From the NCBI GenBank assembly GCA_964016885.1, contig CAXHJY010000001.1, positions 62,001-126,000 on the forward strand: a stretch of 64,000 nucleotides of DNA. The letters run 5' to 3'. The notes below the pieces were generated by a model. It did no database searches and was not told the origin of the DNA. It saw only the letters and a list, made by a program, of their open reading frames with translations. Source of the stretch: Eledone cirrhosa (Eukaryota). Position numbers and translations under genes: made by a program. Positions 1-15,840 of this stretch are shown here, in pieces. Each line of letters begins with the position of its first letter. Within the stretch, counting starts at the first letter, position 1.

Positions 1-3000
1 TATACCACTAAACAACCACTATATACCACTAAACAACCACTAGATACCACTAAACTACCACTAAATACTACTGGACTACCACTAGATGCCACTAAACTAC
101 CACTAGATACCACTGGACAAACACTAGATTCCACTAAGCTACCACTGGATACCACTAAACTACCACTAGATGCCACTATGTACCACTGGACAACCACTAG
201 ATACTACCACTAAACCACTACTAGATACTACCACTAAACCACCACTAGATACCACTGAACAACCACAAGATACCACTAAACAACCACTTGATACCACTAA
301 ACAACCACTAGATACCACTAAACAACCACATATACCACTGAGCAACCACTAGATATCACTGAACAACCACTAGATATCACTGAACAACCACAGATACCAC
401 TGAACAACCACTAGGTATCACTAAACAACCACTAGATACCACTAAACAACCACCTGATACCACTGATCTACCACTAGATACCACTGAACAGCCACTAGAT
501 ACCACTGAACGACCACCAGGTACCACTGAACGACCACCAGGTACCACTGAACGACCACCAGATACCACTGAACCACCACTAGATACCAGTGAACAACCAC
601 TATATACCACTGAACAACCACTAGATACCACTGAACCACCACTAGATACCACTAAACAACCACTAAATACCACTGAACAACCACTAGATACCACTGAACA
701 ACCACTAGATAGCACTGAACAACCAATAGATACCACGGAACAACCAATAGATACCACTGAACAACCACTAGATACAACTGAACAACCACTAGATACTACC
801 ACTAAACAACCACTAGATACTGCCACTAAACAACCACTAGATACCACCAAACAACCACTAGATACCACTGAAGAACCATTAGATACCGCTAAACAAACAC
901 TAGATACAACTGAACAACCAATAGATACCACTGAACAACCACTAGATACAACTGAACAACCAGTAGATACCACTGGACCACCACTAGATACCACTGGACA
1001 ACCACTAGATACAACTGGACAACCACTAGATACAACTGGACAACCACTAGATACAACTGAACAACCACTAGATACCACTGAACAACCACTAGATACAACT
1101 GAACAACCACTAGATACCACTAAACAAACACTAGATACCACTGGACAACCACTAGATACCATTGAACACCCACTAGATACCACTGAACAACCACTAGATA
1201 CAACTGAACAATCACTAGATACCACTGGACAACCACTAGATACCACTGAACAACCACAAGATACCACTAAACAACCACTAGATACCACTGAACAACCACT
1301 AGATAACACTGAACAACCACTAGATACCACTGGACAACCACTAGATATAACTGAACAACAACTAGATACCACTGAACAGCCACTAGATACCACTGAACAA
1401 CCACTAGATACCACTGAACTGCCACTAGCTACCACTGAACAACCACTAGGTACCAATGAACAATCACCTGGTACCACTGAACTACCACTATGTACTAACA
1501 CTAAAGTACCACTAGATACCACTGAACAACTAGATACCACTAAACAACCACTAGAAACAACTGAAAAACCAGTAGATACAACTGAACAACCACTATATAC
1601 CACTAAACAACCACTATATACCACTAAACAACCACTAGATACCATTGGACAACCACTAGATACCACTAAATACTACTGGACTACCACTAGATGCCACTAA
1701 ACTACCACTAGATACCACTGGACAAACACTAGATTCCACTAAGCTACCACTGGATGCCACTAAACTACCACTAGATGCCACTATGTACCACTGGACAACC
1801 ACTAGATACTACCACTAAACCACTACTAGATACTACCACTAAACCACCACTAGATACCACTGAACAACCACAAGATACCACTAAACAACCACTTGATACC
1901 ACTAAACAACCACTAGATACCACTAAACAACCACAAGATACCACTAAACAACCACTGAATACCAATAAACAACCACTAAAGAACCACTAGATACCAATAA
2001 ACAACCATCAGATACCACTAAACAACCACTAGATACCACTAAACAAAAACTAGATACTATGACTAAACAACCACTAGATACCATTAAACAACCACTATAT
2101 ACCGCTGAACAACCACTAGGTATCTCTGAACGACCACTAGATACCACTAAACAAACACTAGATACCACTGGACAACCACTAGATACCATTGAACACCCAT
2201 GAGATACCAGTGAACAACCACTAGATACAACTGAACAACCACTAGATACCACTGGACAACCACTAGATACCACTGAACAACCACAAGATACCACTAAACA
2301 ACCACTAGATACCACTGAACAACCACTAGATACCACTGAACAACCACTAGATACCACTGAACAACCAATAGATACAACTGAACAACAACTAGATACCACT
2401 GAACAGCCACTAGCTACCACTGAACAACCACTAGGTACCACTGAACAATCACCTGATACCACTGAACTACCACTAGGTACTAACACTAAAGTACCACTAG
2501 ATACCACTGAACAACTAGATACCACTAAACAACCACTAGAAACAACTGAAAAACCAGTAGATACAACTGAACATCCACTATATACCACTAAACAACCACT
2601 ATATACCACTAAACAACCACTAGATACCACTAAACTACCACTAAATACTACTGGACTACCACTAGATGCCACTAAACTACCACTAGATACCACTGGACAA
2701 ACACTAGATTCCACTAGGCTACCACTGGATACCACTAAACTACCACTAGATGCCACTATGTACCACTGGACAACCACTAAACCACTACTAGATACTACCA
2801 CTAAACCACCACTAGATACCACTGAACAACCACAAGATACCACTAAACAACCACTAGATACCACTAAACAACCACATATACCACTGAGCAACCACTAGAT
2901 ATCACTGAACAACCACTAGATATCACTGAACAACCACTAGATATCACTGAACAACCACAGATACCACTGAACAACCACTAGGTATCACTAAACAACCACT

Positions 3001-5230
3001 AGATACCACTAAACAACCACCTGATACCACTGATCTACCACTAGATACCACTGAACAGCCACTAGATACCACTGAACGACCACCATGTACCACTGAACGA
3101 CCACCAGGTACCACTGAACGACCACCAGATACCACTGAACCACCACTAGATACCAGTGAACAACCACTATATACCACTGAACAACCACTAGATACCACTG
3201 AACCACCACTAGATACCACTAAACAACCACTAAATACCACTGAACAACCACTAGATACCACTGAACAACCAATAGATACCACTGAACAACCAATAGATAC
3301 CACGGAACAACCAATAGATACCACTGAACAACCACTAGATACAACTGAACAACCACTAGATACTACCACTAAACAACCACTAGATACTGCCACTAAACAA
3401 CCACTAGATACCACCAAACAACCACTAGATACCACTGAAGAACCATTAGATACCGCTAAACAAACACTAGATACAACTGAACAACCAATAGATACCACTG
3501 AACAACCACTAGATACAACTGAACAACCACTAGATACCACTGGACCACCACTAGATACCACTGGACAACCACTAGATACAACTGGACAACCACTAGATAC
3601 AACTGAACAACCACTAGATACCACTGAACAACCACTAGATACAACTGAACAACCACTAGATACCACTAAACAAACACTAGATACCACTGGACAACCACTA
3701 GATACCATTGAACACCCACTAGATACCACTGAACAACCACTAGATACAACTGAACAATCACTAGATACCACTGGACAACCACTAGATACCACTGAACAAC
3801 CACAAGATACCACTAAACAACCACAAGATACCACTTAACAACCACTAGATACCACTGAACAACCAGTAGATACCACTGGACAACCACTAGATATAACTGA
3901 ACAACAACTAGATACCACTGAACAGCCACTAGATACCACTGAACAACCACTAGATACCACTGAACAGCCACTAGCTACCACTGAACAACCACTAGGTACC
4001 ACTGAACAATCACCTGATACCACTGAACTACCACTAGGTACTAACACTAAAGTACCACTAGATACCACTGAACAACTAGATACCACTAAACAACCACTAG
4101 AAACAACTGAAAAACCAGTAGATACAACTGAACAACCACTATATACCACTAAACAACCACTATATACCACTAAACAACCACTAGATACCATTGGACAACC
4201 ACTAGATACCACTAAATACTACTGGACTACCACTAGATGCCACTAGATACCACTGGACAAACACTAGATTCCACTAAGCTACCACTGGATACCACTAAAC
4301 TACCACTAGATGCCACTATGTACCACTGGACAACCACTAGATACTACCACTAAACCACTACTAGATACTACCACTAAACCACCACTAGATACCACTGAAC
4401 AACCACAAGATACCACTAAACAACCACTTGATACCACTAAAGAACCACTAGATACCAATAAACAACCATTAGATACCACTAAACAACCACTAGATACCAC
4501 TGAACAAAAACTAGATACTATGACTAAACAACCACTAGATACCATTAAACAACCACTATATACCGCTGAATAACCACTAGGTATCTCTGAACAACCACTA
4601 GATACCACTAAACAAACACTAGATACCACTGGACAACCACTAGATACCATTGAACACCCATGAGATACCACTGAACAACCACTAGATACAACTGAACAAC
4701 CACTAGATACAACTGAACAACCACTAGATACCACTGGACAACCACTAGATACCACTGAACAACCACAAGATACCACTAAACAACCACTAGATACCACTAA
4801 ACAACCACTAGATACCACTGAACAACCACTAGATACCACTGAACAACCAATAGATACAACTGAACAACAACTAGATACCACTGAACAGCCACTAGCTACC
4901 ACTGAACAACCACTAGGTACCACTGAACAATCACCTGATACCACTGAACTACCACTAGGTACTAACACTAAAGTACCACTAGATACCACTGAACAACTAG
5001 ATACCACTAAACAACCACTAGAAACAACTGAAAAACCAGTAGATACAACTGAACATCCACTATATACCACTAAACAACCACTAGATACCACTAAACTACC
5101 ACTAAATACTACTGGACTACCACTAGATGCCACTAAACTACCACTAGATACCACTGGACAAACACTAGATTCCACTAAGCTACCACTGGATACCACTAAA
5201 CTACCACTAGATGCCACTATGTACCACTGG
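1..5230. repeat. Higher-order tandem duplication, period about 2.5-2.6 kb (copy 1 from 1, copy 2 from about 2581)
   Basis: The line at 1 is identical to the line at 2581. ORF pairs 377/2944, 442/3009 and 1775/4310 give offsets of 2567, 2567 and 2535 with near-identical translations. Confidence 0.85.
1491..1580. repeat. First instance of a recurrent landmark: 24-bp monomer NNTACTAACACTAAAGTACCACTA, 18-bp monomer GATACCACTGAACAACTA, then GAAACA/GAAACC and CCAGTA/CGAGTA monomers (about 40 copies across the window)
   Basis: AACACTAAAGTA occurs at about 1497, 2482, 4043, 4964, 7454, 12169, 16311, 18650, 22582, 24921, 27668, 28859, 29872, 31465, 32668, 32920, 34046, 35132, 36563, 37592, 39085, 40509, 41582, 43175, 44462, 44714, 45871, 46968, 48192, 49368, 50856, 52101, 52353, 53510, 54607, 55799, 56954, 58628, 59746, 61984 and 63685 (counted by eye). 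Confidence 0.9.
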
Positions 5231-6487
5231 ACAACCACTAGATACTACCACTAAACCACTACTAGATACTACCACTAAACCACCACAAGATACCACTGAA
5301 CAACCACAAGATACCACTAAACAACCACTTGATACCACTAAACAACCACTAGATACCATTGGACAACCACTAGATACCCCTAAACTACCACTAAATACTA
5401 CTGGACTACCACTAGATGCCACTAAACTACCACTAGATACCACTGGACAAACACTAGATTCCACTAAGCTACCACTGGATACCACTAAACTACCACTAGA
5501 TGCCACTATGTACCACTGGACAACCACTAGATACTACCACTAAACCACTACTAGATACTACCACTAGATGCCACTAGATACCACTAAACAAACACTAGAT
5601 ACCACTGGACAACCACTAGATACCATTGAACACCCATGAGATACCACTGAACAACCACTAGATACAACTGAACAACCACTAGATACCACTGAACAACCAC
5701 AAGATACCACTAAACAACCACTTGAAACCACTAAACAACCACTAGATACCACTAAACAACCACACATACCACTGAGCAACCACTAGATATCACTGAACAA
5801 CCACAGATACCACTGAACAACCACTAGGTATCACTAAACAACCACTAGATACCACTAAACAACCCCCTGATACCACTGATCTACCACTAGATACCACTGA
5901 ACAGCCACTAGATACCACTGAACGACCACCAGATACCACTGAACGACCAATAGATACCACTGAACCACCACTAGATACCAGTGAACAACCACAATATGCC
6001 AGTGAACAACCACTAGATACCACTGAACAACCACTAGATACCACTGTACAACCACTAGATACCACTGAACAACCACTAGATACCACTAAACAACCACTAG
6101 ATACCACTAAACAACCACTAGATACCACTGAACAACCACTAGATACCACTGAACAACCACCTGATACCACTGAACCACTAGATACCACTGAACAACCACT
6201 AGATACAACTGAACAACCACTAGATACTACCACTAAACAACCACTAGATACCACTGAACAACCACTAGATACCACTGGACAACCACTAGATACAACTGAA
6301 CAACCACTAGATACCACTAAACAACCACTAGATACCACTGAAGAAACATTAGATACCGCTAAACAAACACTAGATACAACTGAACAACCAATAGATACCA
6401 CTGAACAACCAGTAGATACCACTGGACAACCACTAGATACCACTGAACAACCACTAGATACCACTGGACAACCACTAGATACAACTG

Positions 6488-9400
6488 AACAACCACTAGA
6501 TACCACTAAACAACCACTAGATACCACTGAAGAACCATTAGATACCGCTAAACAAACACTAGATACAACTGAACAACCAATAGATACCACTGAACAACCA
6601 GTAGATACCACTGGACAACCACTAGATACCACTGAACAACCACTATATTCCACTGAACAACCACTATATACCACTAAACAACCACTAGATACTATTGGAC
6701 AACCACTAGATACCACTAAACTACCACTAGATGCCACTAAACTACCACTAGATACCACTGGACAACCACTAGATGCCACTAAACTACCACTAGATACCAC
6801 TGGACAAACACTGGATACCACTAAATACCACGGACAACCACTAGATACTACCACTAAACCACCACTAGATACCACTGAACAACCACAAGATACCACTTGA
6901 TACCACTAAACAACCACTAGATACCACTAAACAACCACAAGATACCACTAAACAACCACAAGATACCACTAAACAACCACTGAATACCAATAAACAACCA
7001 CTAAATACCACTAAAGAACCACTAGATACCAATAAACAACCATTAGATACCACTAAACAACCACTAGATACCACTAAACAAAAACTAGATACTATGACTA
7101 AACAACCACTAGATACCATTCAACAACCACTAGGTATCTCTGAACAACCACTAGATACCACTAAACAAACACTAGATACCACTGGACAACCACTAGATAC
7201 CATTGAACACCCACGAGATACCACTGAACAACCACTAGATACAACTGAACAACCACTAGATACCACTGGACAACCACTAGATACCACTGAACAACCACAA
7301 GATACCACTAAACAACCACTAGATACCACTGAACAACCACTAGATACCACTGAACAACCAATAGATACAACTGAACAACAACTAGATACCACTGAACAAA
7401 CACTAGGTACCACTGAACAATCACCTGATAACACTGAACTACCACTAGGTACTAACACTAAAGTACCACTAGATACCACTGAACAACTAGATACCACTAA
7501 ACAACCACTAGAAACAACTGAAAAACCAGTAGATACAACTGAACATCCACTATATACCACTAAACAACCACTATATACCACTAAACAACCACTAGATACC
7601 ACTAAATACTACTGGACTACCACTAGATGCCACTAAACTACCACTAGATACCACTGGACAAACACTAGATTCCACTAAGCTACCACTGGATACCACTAAA
7701 CTACCACTAGATGCCACTATGTACCACTGGACAACCACTAGATACTACCACTAAACCACTACTAGATACTACCACTAAACCACCACTAGATACCACTGAA
7801 CAACCACAAGATACCACTAAACAACCACAAGATACCACTAAACAACCACTTGATACCACTAAACAACCACTAGATACCACTAAACAACCACATATACCAC
7901 TGAGCAACCACTAGATATCACTGAACAACCACTAGATATCACTGAACAACCACTAGATATCACTGAACAACCACTAGATATCACTGAACAACCACAGATA
8001 CCACTGAACAACCACTAGGTATCACTAAACAACCACTAGATACCACTAAACAACCACTAGATACCACTCAACAACCACCTGATACCACTGATCTACCACT
8101 AGATACCACTGAACAGCCACTAGATACCACTGAACAGCCACTAGATACCACTGAACGACCACCAGGTACCACTTAACGACCACCAGATACCACTGAACGA
8201 CCACTAGATACCACTGAACGACCACTAGATACCACTGAACCACCACTAGATACCAGTGAACCACCACTAGATACCACTGAACAACCACTAGATACCACTG
8301 AACAACCACTAGATACCACTGAACAACCACTAGATACCACTGAACAACCACTAGATACCACTGAACAACCACTAGATACCACTGAACAACCAATAGCTAC
8401 CACTGAAAAACCACTAGATACTACCACTAAACAACCACTAGATACTGCCACTAAACAACCACTAGATACCACTAAACAACCACTAGATACCACTGAAGAA
8501 CCATTAGATACCGCTAAACAAACACTAGATACAACTGAACAACCACTAGATACAACTGAACAACCAATAGATACCACTGGACAACCACTAGATACCACTG
8601 AACAACCACTAGATACCACTGGACAACCACTAGATACAACTGAACAACCACTAGATACCACTGAACAACCACTAGATACCACTCAACAACCACTAGATAC
8701 CACTGAACAACCACTAGCTACCACTGAACAACCACTAGGTACCACTGAACAACCACCTGATACCACTGAACAACTAGATACCACTAAACAACCACTAGAA
8801 ACAACTGAACAACCAGTAGATACAACTGAACAACCACTATATTCCACTAAACAACCACTATATACCACTAAACAACCACTAGATACCATTGGACAACCAC
8901 TAGATACCACTAGATGCCACTAAACTACCACTAGATACCACTGGACAACCACTAGATGCCACTAAACTACCACTAGATACCACTGGACAAACACTAGATT
9001 CCACTAAGCTACCACTGGATACCACTAAATACCACGGACAACCACTATGTACCACTGGACAACCACTAGATACTACCACTAAACCACCACTAGATACCAC
9101 TGAACAACCACTAGATACCACTGAACAACCACAAGATACCACTAAACAACCACTAGATACCACTAAACAACCACAAGATACCACTAAACAACCACTGATT
9201 ACCAATAAACAACCACTAAATACCACTAAAGAACCACTAGATACCAATAAACAACCATTAGATACCACTAAACAACCACTAGATACCACTAAACAAAAAC
9301 TAGATACTATGACTAAACAACCACTATATACCGCTGAACAACCACTAGGTATCTCTGAACAACCACTAGATACCGCTGAAAAACCACTCGGTACCACTGA

Positions 9401-12400
9401 ACAACCACTTGATACCACTGAACAACCACTTGATACCACTGTACAACCACTAGATACCACCGAACAACCTCTAAATACCACTATACAACCACTAGATACC
9501 ACTGAACACCCACTAGATACCATTGAACACCCACTAGATACCACAGAACAACCACTTGATACCACTGTACAACCACTAGATACCACCGAACAACCACTAA
9601 ATACCACTATACAACCACTAGATACCACTGAACACCCACTAGATACCACTGAACAACCACTAGATACCTCTGAACAACCACTAGATATCACTAAACAACC
9701 ACTAGATATCACTGAGCAACCACTAGATATCACTGAACAACCACTAGATACAACTGAACAACCACTAGATACCACTGAACAACCACTAGATACCACTGAA
9801 CAACCACTAGATACTACTGAACAACCACTAGATACCACTAAACATCCACTAAATATCCACTAGATACAACTAAACAACCACTAGATACCACTGGACAACC
9901 ACTACATACCACTGAAGAACCACTACATACCACTGAAGAACCACTAGATACAACTGAACAACCACTAGCTACAACTGAACAACCACTATATACTACCACT
10001 AAACAACCACTAGATACCACTAAACAACCACTAGATACCACTAAACAACCACTAGATACCACTGAAGAACTACTAGATACCACTAAACAATCACTAGATA
10101 CCACTGGACAACCACTAGATACCATTGAACACCCACTAGGTACCACTGAACAACCACTAGATACCACTGGACAACCACTAGATACCACTGGACAACCACT
10201 AGATACCACTGAACAACCACTAGATACCACTAAACAACCACTAGATACCACTGAACAACCACTAGATACCACTGAACAGCCACTAGGTACCACTGAACAA
10301 CCACCTGATACCACTGAACTACCACTAGATACTAACACTAGATACCACTGAACAACTAGATACCACTAAACCACCACTAGAAACAACGGAAAAACCAGTA
10401 GATACAACTGAACAACCACTATATACCACTAAACAACCACTAGATACCATTGGACAACCACTAGAGACCACTAAACTACCACTAGATGCCACTAAACTAC
10501 CACTAGATACCACTGGACAAACACTAGATTCCACTAAGCTACCACTGGATACCACTAAATACCACAGACAACCACTAGATGCCACTAAACAACCACTATG
10601 TACCAATGGACAACCACTAGATACTACCACTAAACCACGACTAGATACCACTGAACAACCACAAGATACCACTGAACAACCACAAGATACCACTAAACAA
10701 ACACTTGATACCACTAAACAACCACTAGATACCACTAAACAACCACTAGATACCACTAAACAACCACTAGATACCACTAAACAACCACTAGATACCACTA
10801 AACAACCACTAGATACCACTAAACAACCACTAGATACCAATAAACAACCACTAGATACCAATAAACAACGACTAGATACCACTGAACAACGACTAGATAC
10901 CACTAAACAAAAACTAGATACTATGACTAAACAGCCACTAGATACCACTAAACAACCACTATATACTGCTGAGCAACCACTAGGTTTCTCTGAACAACCA
11001 CTAGATACCGCTGAACAACCACTCGGTACCACTGAACAACCACTTGATACCACTGTACAACCACTAGATACCATTGAACACCCACTAGATACCACTGAAC
11101 AACCACTTGATACCACTTTACAACCACTACATACCACTATACAACCACTAGATACCACTGAACAACCACTAGATACCACTAAACAACCACTAGATACCAC
11201 TGAAGAACCATTAGATACCGCTAAACAAACACTAGATACAACTGAACAACCAATAGATACAACTGAACAACCAATAGATACCACTGAACAACCAGTAGAT
11301 ACCACTGGACAACCACTAGATACCACTGAACAACCACTATATTCCACTGAACAACCACTATATACCACTAAACAACCACTAGATACTATTGGACAACCAC
11401 TAGATACCACTAAACTACCACTAGATGCCACTAAACTACCACTAGATACCACTGGACAACCACTAGATGCCACTAAACTACCACTAGATAGCACTGGACA
11501 AACACTGGATACCACTAAATACCACGGACAACCACTAGATACTACCACTAAACCACCACTAGATACCACTGAACAACCACAAGATACCACTTGATACCAC
11601 TAAACAACCACTAGATACCACTAAACAACCACAAGATACCACTAAACAACCACAAGATACCACTAAACAACCACTGAATACCAATAAACAACCACTAAAT
11701 ACCACTAAAGAACCACTAGATACCAATAAACAACCATTAGATACCACTAAACAACCACTAGATACCACTAAACAAAAACTAGATACTATGACTAAACAAC
11801 CACTAGATACCATTCAACAACCACTATATACCGCTGAACAACCACTAGGTATCTCTGAACAACCACTAGATACCACTAAACAAACACTAGATACCACTGG
11901 ACAACCACTAGATACCATTGAACACCCACGAGATACCACTGAACAACCACTAGATACAACTGAACAACCACTAGATACCACTGGACAACCACTAGATACC
12001 ACTGAACAACCACAAGATACCACTAAACAACCACTAGATACCACTGAACAACCACTAGATACCACTGAACAACCAATAGATACAACTGAACAACAACTAG
12101 ATACCACTGAACAAACACTAGGTACCACTGAACAATCACCTGATAACACTGAACTACCACTAGGTACTAACACTAAAGTACCACTAGATACCACTGAACA
12201 ACTAGATACCACTAAACAACCACTAGAAACAACTGAAAAACCAGTAGATACAACTGAACATCCACTATATACCACTAAACAACCACTATATACCACTAAA
12301 CAACCACTAGATACCACTAAACTACCACTAAATACTACTGGACTACCACTAGATGCCACTAAACTACCACTAGATACCACTGGACAAACACTAGATTCCA

Positions 12401-15400
12401 CTAAGCTACCACTGGATACCACTAAACTACCACTAGATGCCACTATGTACCACTGGACAACCACTAGATACTACCACTAAACCACTACTAGATACTACCA
12501 CTAAACCACCACTAGATACCACTGAACAACCACAAGATACCACTAAACAACCACAAGATACCACTAAACAACCACTTGATACCACTAAACAACCACTAGA
12601 TACCACTAAACAACCACATATACCACTGAGCAACCACTAGATATCACTGAACAACCACTAGATATCACTGAACAACCACTAGATATCACTGAACAACCAC
12701 TAGATATCACTGAACAACCACAGATACCACTGAACAACCACTAGGTATCACTAAACAACCACTAGATACCACTAAACAACCACTAGATACCACTCAACAA
12801 CCACCTGATACCACTGAACTACCATTAGATACCACTGAACAGCCACTAGATACCACTGAACAGCCACTAGATACCACTGAACGACCACCAGAGACCACTT
12901 AACGACCACCAGATACCACTGAACGACCACTAGATACCACTGAACCACCACTAGATACCACTGAACCACCACTAGATACCAGTGAACCACCACTAGATAC
13001 CACTGAACAACCACTAGATACCACTGAACAACCACTAGATACCACTGAACAACCACTAGATACCACTGAACAACCAATAGCTACCACTGAACAACCACTA
13101 GATACTACCACTAAACAACCACTAGATACTGCCACTAAACAACCACTAGATACCACTAAACAACCACTAGATACCACTGAAGAACCATTAGATACCGCTA
13201 AACAAACACTAGATACAACTGAACAACCAATAGATACCACTGAACAACCACTAGATACAACTGAACAACCAGTAGATACCACTGGACAACCACTAGATAC
13301 CACTGAACAACCACTAGATACCACTGGACAACCACTAGATACAACTGAACAACCACTAGATACCACTGAACAACCACTAGATACCACTGAACAACCACTA
13401 GCTACCACTGAACAACCACTAGCTACCACTGAACAACCACTAGGTACCACTGAACAACCACCTGATACCACTGAACAACTAGATACCACTAAACAACCAC
13501 TAGAAACAACTCAACAACCAGTAGATACAACTGAACAACCACTATATTCCACTAAACAACCACTATATACCACTAAACAACCACTAGATACCATTGGACA
13601 ACCACTAGATACCACTAGATGCCACTAAACTACCACTAGATACCACTGGACAACCACTAGATGCCACTAAACTACCACTAGATACCACTGGACAAACACT
13701 AGATTCCACTAAGCTACCACTGGATACCACTAAATACCACGGACAACCACTATGTACCACTGGACAACCACTAGATACTACCACTAAACCACCACTAGAT
13801 ACCACTGAACAACCACTAGATACCACTGAACAACCACAAGATACCACTAAACAACCACTAGATACCACTAAACAACCACAAGATACCACTAAACAACCAC
13901 TGATTACCAATAAACAACCACTAAATACCACTAAAGAACCACTAGATACCAATAAACAACCATTAGATACCACTAAACAACCACTAGATACCACTAAACA
14001 AAAACTAGATACTATGACTAAACAACCACTATATACCGCTGAACAACCACTAGGTATCTCTGAACAACCACTAGATACCGCTGAAAAACCACTCGGTACC
14101 ACTGAACAACCACTTGATACCACTGAACAACCACTTGATACCACTGTACAACCACTAGATACCACCGAACAACCACTAAATACCACTATACAACCACTAG
14201 ATACCACTGAACACCCACTAGATACCATTGAACACCCACTAGATACCACAGAACAACCACTTGATACCACTGTACAACCACTAGATACCACCGAACAACC
14301 ACTAAATACCACTATACAACCACTAGATACCACTGAACACCCACTAGATACCACTGAACAACCACTAGATACCTCTGAACAACCACTAGATATCACTAAA
14401 CAACCACTAGATATCACTGAGCAACCACTAGATATCACTGAACAACCACTAGATACAACTGAACAACCACTAGATACAACTGAACAACCACTAGATACCA
14501 CTGAACAACCACTAGATACCACTGAACAACCACTAGATACCACTGAACAACCACTAGATACTACTGAACAACCACTAGATACCACTAAACATCCACTAAA
14601 TATCCACTAGATACAACTAAACAACCACTAGATACCACTGGACAACCACTACATACCACTGAAGAACCACTAGATACAACTGAACAACCACTAGCTACAA
14701 CTGAACAACCACTATATACTACCACTAAACAACCACTAGATACCACTAAACAACCACTAGATACCACTAAACAACCACTAGATACCACTGAAGAACTACT
14801 AGATACCACTAAACAATCACTAGATACCACTGGACAACCACTAGATACCATTGAACACCCACTAGGTACCACTGAACAACCACTAGATACCACTGGACAA
14901 CCACTAGATACCACTGGACAACCACTAGATACCACTGAACAACCACTAGATACCACTAAACAACCACTAGATACCACTGAACAACCACTAGATACCACTG
15001 AACAGCCACTAGGTACCACTGAACAACCACCTGATACCACTGAACTACCACTAGATACTAACACTAGATACCACTGAACAACTAGATACCACTAAACCAC
15101 CACTAGAAACAACGGAAAAACCAGTAGATACAACTGAACAACCACTATATACCACTAAACAACCACTAGATACCATTGGACAACCACTAGAGACCACTAA
15201 ACTACCACTAGATGCCACTAAACTACCACTAGATACCACTGGACAAACACTAGATTCCACTAAGCTACCACTGGATACCACTAAATACCACAGACAACCA
15301 CTAGATGCCACTAAACAACCACTATGTACCAATGGACAACCACTAGATACTACCACTAAACCACGACTAGATACCACTGAACAACCACAAGATACCACTA

Positions 15401-15840
15401 AACAACCACTAGATACCACTAAACAACCACTAGATACCACTAAACAACCACTAGATACCACTAAACAACCACTAGATACCACTAAACAACCACTAGATAC
15501 CAATAAACAACCACTAGATACCAATAAACAACGACTAGATACCACTGAACAACGACTAGATACCACTAAACAAAAACTAGATACTATGACTAAACAGCCA
15601 CTAGATACCACTAAACAACCACTATATACCGCTGAGCAACCACTAGGTTTCTCTGAACAACCACTAGATACCGCTGAACAACGACTCGGTACCACTGAAC
15701 AACCACTTGATACCACTGTACAACCACTAGATACCATTGAACACCCACTAGATACCACTGAACAACCACTTGATACCACTTTACAACCACTACATACCAC
15801 TATACAACCACTAGATACCACTGAACAACCACTAGATACC
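6488..15840. repeat. Higher-order tandem duplication, period about 4.7 kb (about 6488-11170 and 11161-15840)
   Basis: ORF pairs with identical or near-identical translations: 6865/11559 (offset 4694), 7707/12433 (4726), 8900/13605 (4705), 9838/14585 (4747), 10325/15051 (4726), 10923/15586 (4663). Confidence 0.85.
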
